This document shows positions 28,101 through 37,200 of a DNA stretch of 64,000 nt, piece by piece. This DNA comes from Actinomycetota bacterium. Lineage in GTDB: Bacteria > Actinomycetota > UBA4738 > CALAEC01. Position 1 is the stretch's first letter, and the number at the start of each line of letters is the position of its first letter. The DNA lies in contig JBOGVU010000002.1 of assembly GCA_050692915.1 (NCBI GenBank), positions 1,631 to 65,630 of the forward strand. Reading direction: 5' to 3'. The position numbers and the translations under genes were made by a program. The notes under the pieces were generated by a model. That model was not told the origin of the DNA and searched no databases. It was given only the letters and a program-made list of their open reading frames with translations.

Positions 28101-30311
28101 CAGCTCCTCCACCGAAAGGGCAGTCACCGCCTGGCTCCGGGCGGCCAGGAGGTCGCCGAACCCCCGGTAGAGAAGGGGCCGGTCGTAGAAGTCGGCTCGG
28201 AGGGTCACGACGACCCGTACCCGACTCCGGGGATCGGTGGCGGCGGTGAGAAGTGCGGTCAGGAACCTGGCTCGTTCGTCCTGGTCGTCGACCTGGGTGA
28301 ACACCTCCTCGAACTGGTCGATCAGGAGCAGAAGCTCCGAATCGTCGGACGGAAGGACCGCCTCGGTTGCCCGGACGAGGCCGTAGGTGTCCTGTCCCAT
28401 CTCCACGTTGAGGTCGGGAGGGGGATCCACTGCGATCCTCATGAGGGCTGCCCCCAGCTCCTCGAACGGATGCGGCCCCGGGACCATCTCAACGACGAAC
28501 CACCGATGGGATCCGGGAAGAGCGCCCTCTCTGAGGGCCGGGATCAGTCCGGCCCGGACCAGCGAGGACTTGCCGCTCCCGGACGGGCCCACGATCGCGA
28601 GGAATCGGGACCCCTCACCCGGCTCTGCCATCCGACCCACGAGACCCTCCGTGAGCGCTTCGCGGCCGAAGAAGTCGGCGGCGTCGGCCTCGAAGAACGC
28701 CCGCAGCCCCTTGTAGGGGTTGCGCAGCTCCACGTCGGGGGCGCGGACCCCTCGGACCCTGGCGCGAGCAACGGCGCCGCGGAAGGCTGCGGCGAGGGCC
28801 TGGGGGTCCGGGTAGCGGTCTCCGGGGTCCTTGGCCGTGGCCCGCTCGATGACCTCTTCGACCGCCGCGGGGACCTCCGGGCGCAGGGCCCGGATCCGAG
28901 GAAGCGGCTCGCGCAGTTGCTTCTCCACGACCTCGTGAACGGGGGTCTCGGCGAAGGGGTGGCGCCCGACCAGGACCTCGTATAGGACCAGCCCGAGGCT
29001 GTAGATGTCGGTGCGCGTGGTCGCGGGATCGCCCCGGATCTCCTCGGGGGAGAGGTAGTAGGCGAGCGGGCTGGGGGTGCCGCCCGATGCTGCCACGTCG
29101 GCCGCCGCCAGGTCCTTGGCGATACCGAAGTCGGAGAGGTAGGCGTTCCCGTCCTCGTCGAACAGGATGTTGGCGGGCTTCACGTCGCGGTGGACCACCC
29201 CCTGGCGGTGGGCGGCGGCCAGGGCCAGGGCGAGCTCGTCGAGGAGCCGCGCCGCCCCGTCAGCTTGTAGGGAGCCATGGGCCAGGGCCCCCCGAAGGCT
29301 GCCTCCCCGCAGGTACCGCATCACCAGGTACGCCCCATCGGGCTCTCTCCAGAAGTCGTACAAGGGGACGATGTGAGGGTGCTCCAGGCGGGCCACCAGC
29401 TGGGCCTCCGACTCGAACCGCCGGATGAACTCGGGGTCGTTGGCGAACCGGGGATGGATCACTTTCACGGCCACTTCCCGGCCCACCTGGGGCTGGAAGG
29501 CCCGGTGGACCGCCCCGAAGGCGCCGGCCCCGATCTCCTCGAGGAGTCGGTACCCCCTGAGGGGCTCTCCGCGGATCTCGAGGGCGAGGTCCTGCCGGAG
29601 GATCTGCTCTTGGAGACGTTGAAGCTCCGATGAGGGATCGATGCCGAGCTCCTCGGCGAGGATCTCACGAGCCCTCTGGAAGGCGGCGAGGGCGTCGCCC
29701 TGCCGGCCGGATCGGTAAAGAGCGAGCATGAGCTGCCCCCATAACCGCTCCCTCAGCGGATACACGCCGATGAGGGTCTCCAGCTCGGGGACGAGCTCGA
29801 TGTGGCGTCCCAGGGCCAGTTCGGCGTCGATCCGTCCTTCCGTGGCGGCCACCCGCAGCTCTTCGAGCCGGGCGATCTCCGGCTGCAGGGACGCCTGGTG
29901 CGTTAGGTCGTCGAGGGCAGGACCCCTCCAGAGCGACAGCGCCTCGTCGAGGGTGCGGGCCGCGGTGGCGGGGTCGGCGGGGAGCAGGTGCCGGCCCTCC
30001 TGGACCAGGGCCTCGAATCGGAGGACGTCGATCTCGGATGGATCGGCGTGAACGACGTACCCGCCTGAGCGACTCTCGATGCGTTCCCGACCCAGCGCTT
30101 TGCGGAGGTGAGAGACGTAGCCCTGGAGGGTGCTGCGGGCGGCCTCCGGGACGTCCTCCCCCCAGACTTGGTCGATCAGCCGGTCTGAGGTAACCAGTCC
30201 GTTGGCCCTGAGGAGCAGGTGAACGAGCACCGCCCGCTGCTTGGGCCCTCCGAGAGGGAGTGCCCTTCGCCCCCGGGTGACCTCAACCGGCCCGAGGAGC
30301 CGAAACTGCAT
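25146..30311 (-). CDS. wHTH-BTAD (SARP) + Ser/Thr kinase + STAND NTPase + TM + WD40 repeat protein
   Basis: FRLLGPVEV..GGPKQRAVL; RERLWGQLMLALYRSGRQ; HRDVKPAN/DFG; NPYKGL..GPSGSGKSS..DQFEE; hydrophobic helix; many WD repeats. Confidence 0.92.
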   Translation of the reverse strand: MQFRLLGPVEVTRGRRALPLGGPKQRAVLVHLLLRANGLVTSDRLIDQVWGEDVPEAARSTLQGYVSHLRKALGRERIESRSGGYVVHADPSEIDVLRFEALVQEGRHLLPADPATAARTLDEALSLWRGPALDDLTHQASLQPEIARLEELRVAATEGRIDAELALGRHIELVPELETLIGVYPLRERLWGQLMLALYRSGRQGDALAAFQRAREILAEELGIDPSSELQRLQEQILRQDLALEIRGEPLRGYRLLEEIGAGAFGAVHRAFQPQVGREVAVKVIHPRFANDPEFIRRFESEAQLVARLEHPHIVPLYDFWREPDGAYLVMRYLRGGSLRGALAHGSLQADGAARLLDELALALAAAHRQGVVHRDVKPANILFDEDGNAYLSDFGIAKDLAAADVAASGGTPSPLAYYLSPEEIRGDPATTRTDIYSLGLVLYEVLVGRHPFAETPVHEVVEKQLREPLPRIRALRPEVPAAVEEVIERATAKDPGDRYPDPQALAAAFRGAVARARVRGVRAPDVELRNPYKGLRAFFEADAADFFGREALTEGLVGRMAEPGEGSRFLAIVGPSGSGKSSLVRAGLIPALREGALPGSHRWFVVEMVPGPHPFEELGAALMRIAVDPPPDLNVEMGQDTYGLVRATEAVLPSDDSELLLLIDQFEEVFTQVDDQDERARFLTALLTAATDPRSRVRVVVTLRADFYDRPLLYRGFGDLLAARSQAVTALSVEELERAVTGPAELVGIAVEPRLIAEVVADVADQPGALPLLQYAVTELFERRTDSTLTLEAYRDIGGVSGALARRAEDLYEGLNDAGKEAARQLFLRLVTLGEEGSVDTRRRVLRAELTSVEVDREAMESVIDTFGARRLLSFDRDPLTRGPTVEVAHEALLSEWSRLRVWIEGAREDVRMHRRLATSAREWEEAGRDPSYLVRGGHLDQFEAWAESSGLALTADERDYLEASLAQGEADRANEEARKAHEALLERRSLVRLRALVAVLTVAALIASGLATFALGQRRRAEREATVAMAQGLATAAVASRGEDPDRSILLALEAIRAYRAGGLPVGRDAVEALHQAVQASRVVLSVGPAGGATDLSPDGTRLAAAGSAHGTSGSDAALWDTSNGEQLLTLEGHAGGVNDLEFSADGSRLVTASEDRTSIVWDADTGEKVVTLSGHQDSVISASFSPDGSRVATSGAEGVLRIWDAASGEELLTASNPEGTGLCGNKFSPDGKRIAAGACLGAKTAIVWDARTGEELLTLRGHDNDVSSVAFSPDGRKLATASIDGTGKVWDIRTGGELLTLEGHTGWVWHIEFSRDGTRLATGSADATARLWDAKTGKELLVLSGHGESVGSVSFSLDGALVATGSDDGTARIWDITPQGGREALTIVSPVGLEAQVAYSPDGTRLLVPGGEGDGKVRIWDASTGQHLGTLRVGTGEVSDAVFSPDGSRIATTSSVVEPHVVTVWDVSSAAVIHNLTPETRFFWLPAVAFSPDGSLLASASADGTVTLWDASTGAMVRRLEHSDSTPPQGAVFRLSFSPDGSRLATASWEGTAKLWHVGSGREVRTFQAGVRVYSSDFSPDGSRLVTALGDGTAKIWDLASGEELVGLKGHLGVVWDARFSPDGSLVATAGDDTTVRVWDAATGEEVLRLMGPTFAVNEVAFSPDGGRLAASSGDGSVRVYLLRLNELMELARERVTRGFTDDECRQYLHLERCPSAS

Positions 30312-30427
30312 GCCGCGACGGTACGACTTCTCCGCTCGGAGAGGAATACCCGCCTGCCTTCGGTGTCCAAGGGTTTTCCAAGTCGCCGGTGTTCCGATCT
30401 ATGGGTCTGAGCCGAGAGGTGGGAGTC

Positions 30428-31612
30428 ATGAACGCAAGCAGGACGAACTCGCAGCGTTGGCAGAAGTGTCTGGGACTCCTGTTCGCTGTGGGCCTTCTCG
30501 GTGTGGGCTGCTCGTCCGGGGAGCACGGAGCCTCGAGTTCGAGGCCGGTCGAGACGGGAGCCTTGCCTTCGTGCGCCCCCGGCACGATCACGACCGTGGC
30601 CGGGACGGGAACCTACGGTGATTCGGGGGACGGGGCACCGGCGACCAAAGCAGAGCTGGCCGGTCCCTATGCGGTGGCGACAGATGCTCACGGCAACGTG
30701 TACATCGGAGAGTTCGGATCGCTCGGCCCGTCAGGCGGCGGGCACCGCGTTCGCATGGTTTCCGAGGACGGCATCATCACGACGGTCGCCGGGACGGGGA
30801 AGCCGGGGTACTCGGGAGACGGCGGTCCTGCGACCGAGGCCAGACTCGATACGCCGACCGGCCTCGCCGTCGACGAGGCGGGCAACCTCTACATCGCCGA
30901 TTCCGGCAACCACGTTGTCCGCAAGGTTGACTCCTCTGGCGTCATCACGACGGTGGCCGGGACGGGGAAGCCCGGATACTCGGGAGACGGCGGTCCTGCT
31001 CCGAGAGCCCGGATGGATCGCCCGGAGAACCTCTTCCTCAGGTCGGATGGAACCCTCTACGTCACCGACACCTTCAACATGACGGTGCGCAGGATCGACG
31101 CTACAGGGACCATCACGACGGTGGCCGGGACCGGGAAGCCGGGATACTCGGGAGACGGCGGTCCCGCGACGAAGTCACAGCTCTGGGAGCCACACGACAT
31201 CGAGCTCGACGAAGCGGGGAACATGTACATCGCCGATACGTTCAACCACCGCGTTCGCGTGATTGACCCGGGAGATTCGATCACGACATATGCCGGGACC
31301 GGACAGCCTGGGGTGGTGGGCGAGGTCGGCGGGCCTGCAACGTCGGCGGATATCGGTTTTCCTGCGGGCCTCGCCGTCGATGACGACGGGAGTCTGTATA
31401 TCAGTGACAACGGCCACCGACGCGTCGTGAAGGTTGGGAAGGACGGAACGATCAGCCTGTTCGCCGGCAGCGGGTCCTTCGGGAACTCAGGCGATGGGGG
31501 TCCCGCCACGGACGCCGAGTTCGCGCATCTCGTGGGCCTCGCGTTCGATGCGGACGGGAACCTCTACATCGCAGACCGCGATAACCACAACGTCCGCAAG
31601 GTGTGCACGTGA
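30428..31612 (+). CDS. NHL-repeat beta-propeller lipoprotein
   Basis: LLGVGC lipobox; repeated TTVAGTG..GYSGDGGPA..P.GLAVD..GNLYIAD. Confidence 0.88.
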   Translation: MNASRTNSQRWQKCLGLLFAVGLLGVGCSSGEHGASSSRPVETGALPSCAPGTITTVAGTGTYGDSGDGAPATKAELAGPYAVATDAHGNVYIGEFGSLGPSGGGHRVRMVSEDGIITTVAGTGKPGYSGDGGPATEARLDTPTGLAVDEAGNLYIADSGNHVVRKVDSSGVITTVAGTGKPGYSGDGGPAPRARMDRPENLFLRSDGTLYVTDTFNMTVRRIDATGTITTVAGTGKPGYSGDGGPATKSQLWEPHDIELDEAGNMYIADTFNHRVRVIDPGDSITTYAGTGQPGVVGEVGGPATSADIGFPAGLAVDDDGSLYISDNGHRRVVKVGKDGTISLFAGSGSFGNSGDGGPATDAEFAHLVGLAFDADGNLYIADRDNHNVRKVCT

Positions 31613-31831
31613 CGACAGCAGGGATTCCCCCGGATTCTCCAAAGAAGCCCGGGGCGGAAGCGCCGACCGTGCCCACGTCGAGGAGGTCCTTCGGACCTTT
31701 GCCTTCGCCGAGGAGAGGAGGAGCAGACGAGGCCGCGCCTGCCACGCAAGGAAGGAGGTGGAAGGGCTTTGAGGACGTTGCTTGGCCGCGGGCAGGAAGC
31801 CAGCGGATGTCCCACAGGAGAGGAGAGAGAG

Positions 31832-32236
31832 ATGCGTGCACTGCGCCTCAAGGGAGGGATCGTTTTCGGAAGTGTTGTGCTCGCCGTTGCGCTGAGCGCC
31901 AGCATTGTGGCCGCCCAGGTGACGAGTACGGTGCTGGCGGACACGAACACTGTGCGGCTTCGCATCGTCCGTACCGAGGCTACTGGAGGCTTCGATTCGA
32001 ACTGGCACACGCATCAGGGACCGGCGATCGTTCAGGTCCAAGAAGGCCGCTTCAAGATCTTCCAGGAGAGTTGCGAGCCCAAGGTGGTGGGACCGGGTGA
32101 GACGTACATCGAGATCCCCGGCGTCCCGGTCCGGGCCGTGGCGAAGGGAGACATCACGTGGACCACGACGCTGGTCCTCCCGAACAGCGCCCCTGGCGAC
32201 CCCATGGCGGCGCCGGCGAGCGACCCCTGCTCGTAG
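31832..32236 (+). CDS. Secreted cupin-like protein
   Basis: Signal peptide; WHTHQGPAIVQVQEG cupin motif 1. Confidence 0.7.
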   Translation: MRALRLKGGIVFGSVVLAVALSASIVAAQVTSTVLADTNTVRLRIVRTEATGGFDSNWHTHQGPAIVQVQEGRFKIFQESCEPKVVGPGETYIEIPGVPVRAVAKGDITWTTTLVLPNSAPGDPMAAPASDPCS

Positions 32237-32367
32237 AAGGACAGGTGTAGGACCTGCCCCGGGTGCCCGGCTTGAGCCGGGCACCAGGGGCTCGCCCCTG
32301 CCCCCAACTCCTCAGGCGGCGCTCGGGCCGCAGCTGCTGCCGAGGCACACGCTCGTGCCCCCGATTT

Positions 32368-32598
32368 TTGTGGCTAATTTGTGGCTCACTCAGGTGATCT
32401 GACCTGATCTAAGACCGTCTCACATGACGTGTGAGCAGCGGATATGCCTCTCGTGACCTGGAAACGCAGGACTCATAACCCAGAGGTCGCTGGTTCAAAT
32501 CCAGCCCGCGCAACGAGCGAAATAGCAGGACAGAGGCCTTAGGGCGGCTCCTCTCGGCGAGGATCCGCCCTTTTTTGTGGCTAATTTGTGGCTAAATT
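32368..32598 (+). repeat. att junction 4: right-end module, core 32472-32514, hairpin 32541-32571, left arm pair 32575/32586
   Basis: Perfect core; identical TTGTGGCTAATTTGTGGCT on both sides. Confidence 0.95.
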
Positions 32599-32699
32599 CC
32601 TCGCATCCCGACGTACACGAGTCTTCGGGGACGATCTGAGGCGGGTCGAGGAAGGCGGGCCTGGGGGGAGAGGGTGGCGCCGTTTCTTGGCCACAGGAC

Positions 32700-32815
32700 G
32701 GCGACCCGGAACCTCCTGGACGCGGCGTCCGACGATCCAAAGCGCCACGCGCGAAGCTCGTCCGCCAACTGCAAGCCATCGGCTATCGCGTCACCCTCGA
32801 GGAGGTGGAGGCCGC
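32700..32815 (+). pseudogene. Possible IS110-family transposase C-terminal remnant
   Basis: DDPKRHAR / KLVRQLQAIGYRVTLEEVEAA (frameshifted) resembles IS110 C-termini. Confidence 0.45.
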
Positions 32816-32883
32816 GGAGCATTCGCGGCATTTCACCACAGCCCTGGCGCGGTCGTGCACGGAGGCCAGAGAAGGGAGGATCG

Positions 32884-33819
32884 ATGCACGCGTTGCGCGT
32901 TCACCAGCAGGAAGGCCCGGAGGGCCTCACGTACGAGGAGGCTCCCATACCCGAGCCGGGGACCGGCGACGTCCTGGTCCGCGTCCACGCGGCGAGCTTC
33001 ACCCCCACCGAGCTCACGTGGCCCTCGACCTGGGTGGACCGGCTGGGGCACGACCGGCGTCCGGTCATCCCCGCTCACGAGGTCTCGGGGACCGTGGAGG
33101 CCTTGGGATGGGGGACGACCGGGTTCGCTGTCGGCGATGCCGTGTACGGGCTGACCGACTGGTACCGGGACGGCGCCCTGGCCGAGTACGTGGCGATGGA
33201 GGCGAGGAACCTGGCCCCCAAGCCGGCCTCCCTGGATCACGTCCAGGCGGCCGCACTGCCCATGCCCGGGCTGACCGCGTGGCAGGCCCTGTTCGTCCAC
33301 GGCGGACTGTCCGAAGGCCAGCGGGTGCTGATCCACGGGGCGGGCGGGGGAGTGGGGACCGTCGCCGTCCAGCTGGCCCGGGCGGCGGGCGCCCACGTCA
33401 TCGCCACCGGCAGAGCGTGGGCCCGGGACCGAGTGAGCGAGCTCGGCGCCGAGCGGTTCGTAGACCTCGACCGGGAGCGGTTCGAGGAGGTGGCTGAAGG
33501 GGTGGACCTGGTAGTCGATCTCGTGGGTGGGGAGATCCTGCAGCGGTCGGCCGTCACGGTCAAAGAGGGAGGCATCGTCGTCTCCGTCGTGGAGGATCCG
33601 CGGGCGCAACTGGATGAGGTGCGCCAGGCCCGTGGGTTCTACTTCGTGGTGGAGCCGGCTCGCTCGGAGCTCGAGGAGCTGGCCCGTCGGGCGGATGCCG
33701 GCGACCTACGTCCCGTGGTGGGGGAGGTGTTCGACCTCGCCGACGTGGGCAAGGCGTTCGAGGCCAAGGCGGGCGGGGGCGTCCCGGGGAAGGTCGTGCT
33801 TCGGATCTGGGACCAGTGA
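32884..33819 (+). CDS. NADP-dependent MDR oxidoreductase (quinone-reductase-like)
   Basis: VLVRVHAASF, PAHEVSG, VLIHGAGGGVG, GKVVL. Confidence 0.9.
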   Translation: MHALRVHQQEGPEGLTYEEAPIPEPGTGDVLVRVHAASFTPTELTWPSTWVDRLGHDRRPVIPAHEVSGTVEALGWGTTGFAVGDAVYGLTDWYRDGALAEYVAMEARNLAPKPASLDHVQAAALPMPGLTAWQALFVHGGLSEGQRVLIHGAGGGVGTVAVQLARAAGAHVIATGRAWARDRVSELGAERFVDLDRERFEEVAEGVDLVVDLVGGEILQRSAVTVKEGGIVVSVVEDPRAQLDEVRQARGFYFVVEPARSELEELARRADAGDLRPVVGEVFDLADVGKAFEAKAGGGVPGKVVLRIWDQ

Positions 33820-34202
33820 GCGTGTCACGGTCCATTCGGATTCAAGACCGCGACCCCCCGAAGCAGCGGGAGGTCAGTAAGGAAATGGCGATTCTGTCGA
33901 TCTGGGAATCCCACCTCCCAAGATCCGCGCCGCTGGGGGCGCCGCGGTGACCGACGCCATCTGAGGGACATGCCGCGGTACGCGGGATACCTTGGGCACG
34001 AATTCAGGTCACCTATCCCGGGAACGTCCGGGTCACCCGTGCCACGATCACGTGATGATGGCCCTCAAGGATCAAGTGACGCCGGGTCTGTTCAGCATCA
34101 CCTCGAACACGACAGCCAGGAGTGCGGCGATAGAAAGAGTGGGCAAGAAGGAGAGATCGTGGAGTCCCGGGAGAACTGCAGGCGGGTAGGCGTTCGGGAC
34201 GA

Positions 34203-37200
34203 TCAGCCGCCCAGCGCGTGATGGTTCACGCGCTGCCAGGGATGCGTCCCGTAGACCGTCCGTAGCAGCGCATCGCTTACCGTCTGCGGGCCACAGGTCG
34301 GGGTCACGGTGGAGGTGATGTCCGAGAACGCGAGCTGCATCCCGCGAAGGTCCCACGTCGCGGTCATCGTCCGTCCGAAGCACCAGGGGTCCGCCCCCTC
34401 GGTGAACGTGACCCGGTCTTCCGAGACCGCGTACGTCCCGAAGGTGACCTGCGTGCTCCCGTTCTCGCCCTCGCGATGAAGCCGCCAGCGGCCGCCCGTC
34501 ATGCTGAGCGTGTAGTCCCCCTCGTGACTCCGGACATCCCGGTCCGAGAGGAGTGGGGATCGGAGGTCGGCGTCGGTGATGGTCACCCGGTACGCGCCCT
34601 CAGGTCCGATCGGCTCGGTGCCGTCGGCCCCCTCGTTCGACGGGAGCGGCGAGGCGATCCCCGGCGACGACGGACAGCTCTCGACGTGGAGATACTGTCG
34701 ACACTCCTCGATCGTGAACGACCGCGTCAGTCGAGTTCGGGCGAGCCGCACGAGCTCGTCGATCGGCAGAACGTGCACCCGCAGGGTGCCGTCGTACCCC
34801 GTGCTGGCGAGCCTCGTCCCGTCAGGGCTGAAGGCCACTCCGCTGAGACCGCCCGCATGTCCGCCGAGCGACAGGATCTCGCGACCCGACGCGACTTCCC
34901 AGATCCTGGCGGCGCCGTCGTCGCCGGCCGTCGCGAGACGTGCGCCGTCGGGGCTGAATGCGACGTCCTGGACCCCGCCGGCTCCGGTCAGCGACGCGAC
35001 CTTCTCGCCCGAGGACGTACTCCAGATCGCCGCGCCATCCCCGCCCGAGGTCGCGATCATCGTTCCGTCCGGGCTGAACGCGACACCGAGCGAGAGCCCG
35101 AGATTGACGTGGAGGTCGAGGACCTCCTCCCCCGACGCAACGTCCCACACGCGCATGGTGTCCCGGGCGATCGAGGCGACCAGGCGACCGTCGGGGCTGA
35201 AGGCCACCTCGCCCACCCTGTCGCGAACGCCTCCCGGAAAGGCACGGAACGAACGGAGCGCCTCCCACGAGGAGGCGTCCCACAGGGTCACCGTCCCGTC
35301 ACCTTCACCGGTGGCGATCAGGGACCCGTCCGGGGTCGCGGCGACGCTCCAGAGATCGTCCACGGCGTGGAACTCGATCTCCGCCCCGGAGACGGTCTCG
35401 AGGACCCGAACGCCCTGCGAGGAGGCGGCGTCGGACCAGCCGGCCGCCACGATCGTCGAGCCGGTCCGGTCGAACGCCCCCGCCCTGAGCGTCAGGGGAT
35501 AGCTTCGGATCCGGTCGCCCGTCGACGAGTCCCACAGCCATCCTCCGCCCGGCGGCCATCCCGTGGTGAGGACGCTCGAGCCGTCCGGGCTGAACGCCAC
35601 GCTGTTGATGATCTCCGGCTCTGCGCCTCCGAACACTTCGGAGCCGCCCTCCGGCGTCACGTCCCACACGCGTGCGGTCCCATCGCCACCGCCGGTGACG
35701 AGTCGCGTGCCGTCGGGGCTGAACGCCACCATGGCGACGAGGCCGGTATGGCCGGCGAGCACGCGGAGCTGTGTTCCCGTCGTCGCGTCCCAGATCCGCG
35801 CCGTCCCGTCGGTACTGCCCGTCGCGAGGAGGCTGCCGTCGGCGCTCCAGGCGAGGCCCAAGACGTCGCCGGTGTGACCTTCGAGCGAGAGGATCTCGCG
35901 CCCCGTCGTGGCGTCCCAGATCGTGGCGGTGCGCTCCCCCCCGGTCGCGATCTCGCTCCCATCTGGGCTGTAGATGGCTCCCCCGGCCGCGCCAGGGATG
36001 GTGCGGACCCGGCGCCCCGTCTGGACCGCGTAGATGGACACGGCGTCCCCTTCGCCTCCGCATGTGCCGACGGTGACGTATGCGCCGTCGGGGCTGATGC
36101 TCGGGCTGCTGCAGAAGCCGAGGTCGCCGTCGTGCATCGTCTGCACGACCACGCCGGTCCTCGCGTCGACGATCGTCATGCCGGTGCCCTCGCCCGAGTG
36201 CCCGATCGCCACGAGTCGGCCATCCGGGCTGAACGAGGCGCCGGCGCCCGCCCGTGGGAGGCCGGGGAGGGCGTGGAGCTGTCGTCCCGTGCGCGTGTCC
36301 CAGACGATCGCCCGGCCGTCGTTGGCGCCGGTGACCAGTCGGGAACCGTCCGGACTGAACGCCACGCTGAAGATGTCGGCGTCGTGACCGCTGAGTCGGT
36401 GGACGAGCGCGCCCGTCCGCGCGTCCCACAGCATCGCGTCGACCTGCTCGTTCCCGCCGACCGTCCCACCCGTCGCAAGCAGACGCCCGTCGGGGCTCCA
36501 CGCCACGTTCCCTGTAGAGGGGTGTTCGATCGTGAACAGCAGCCGGTCGGCCGCCACCGCGTCGTGCAGCGCCTTCTCCGCCTCGGGCAACACCGTCGCG
36601 TCCGGACGCGTCGTCTCGACCGCCTGGAGCGCGAGCAGGATGCTCCGCTCCGGCTCGACCTCCAGGTTCGCGGTCGCCGCCGCGGTGAGCTCTCGGGCCG
36701 TGGCGATCCGTGCCTCCCGCTCGACCCGGCGGCCCTGGTTGACGGCGATCGCGGTGAGCGCCGACGCGACGAGCGCCGCCACGGACAGGACCGCCACGAG
36801 CCCGCGCAGCCGCCGGACGGACCGCCGTTCCAGGGCGGCCTCACGCTCGGCGCGTAGCCGCTCCGCCTGGCGCTGGCGATCCCGCTGATCGATGCTCGCG
36901 GTGACGAACGTCCGCTCGGGCCCGGTCAGCGCGATCCGCGTCGCCGCCGACCACGCCTCGACCTGCTCGAGCCGCGTCCCGCCGAGCAGGAAGCTGTGGT
37001 CCCGGCCGGCCCCCTCCCACTCGGTGGCGGCCGCGGCGACCCGCTGCTGCATCTGCAGGTCCTCCCGCGCCGCGTCGATCCAGCGCCGCAGCCGGCTCCA
37101 GCTCCGCAGCAGCGCCTCGTGTGCCACCTCGACCGTCGGTTCCCGGGAGACGGGATGCCGGTCGAACGCGAGCAGGCGGTGCCGGCCGAACGCGTCGACG

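Larger units (their letters stand above)
25048..32471. mobile_element. Segment 4: integrase-less cassette (STAND regulator, NHL lipoprotein, cupin)
   Basis: Bounded by cores; TTGTGGCT-type arms at both ends. Confidence 0.8.
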
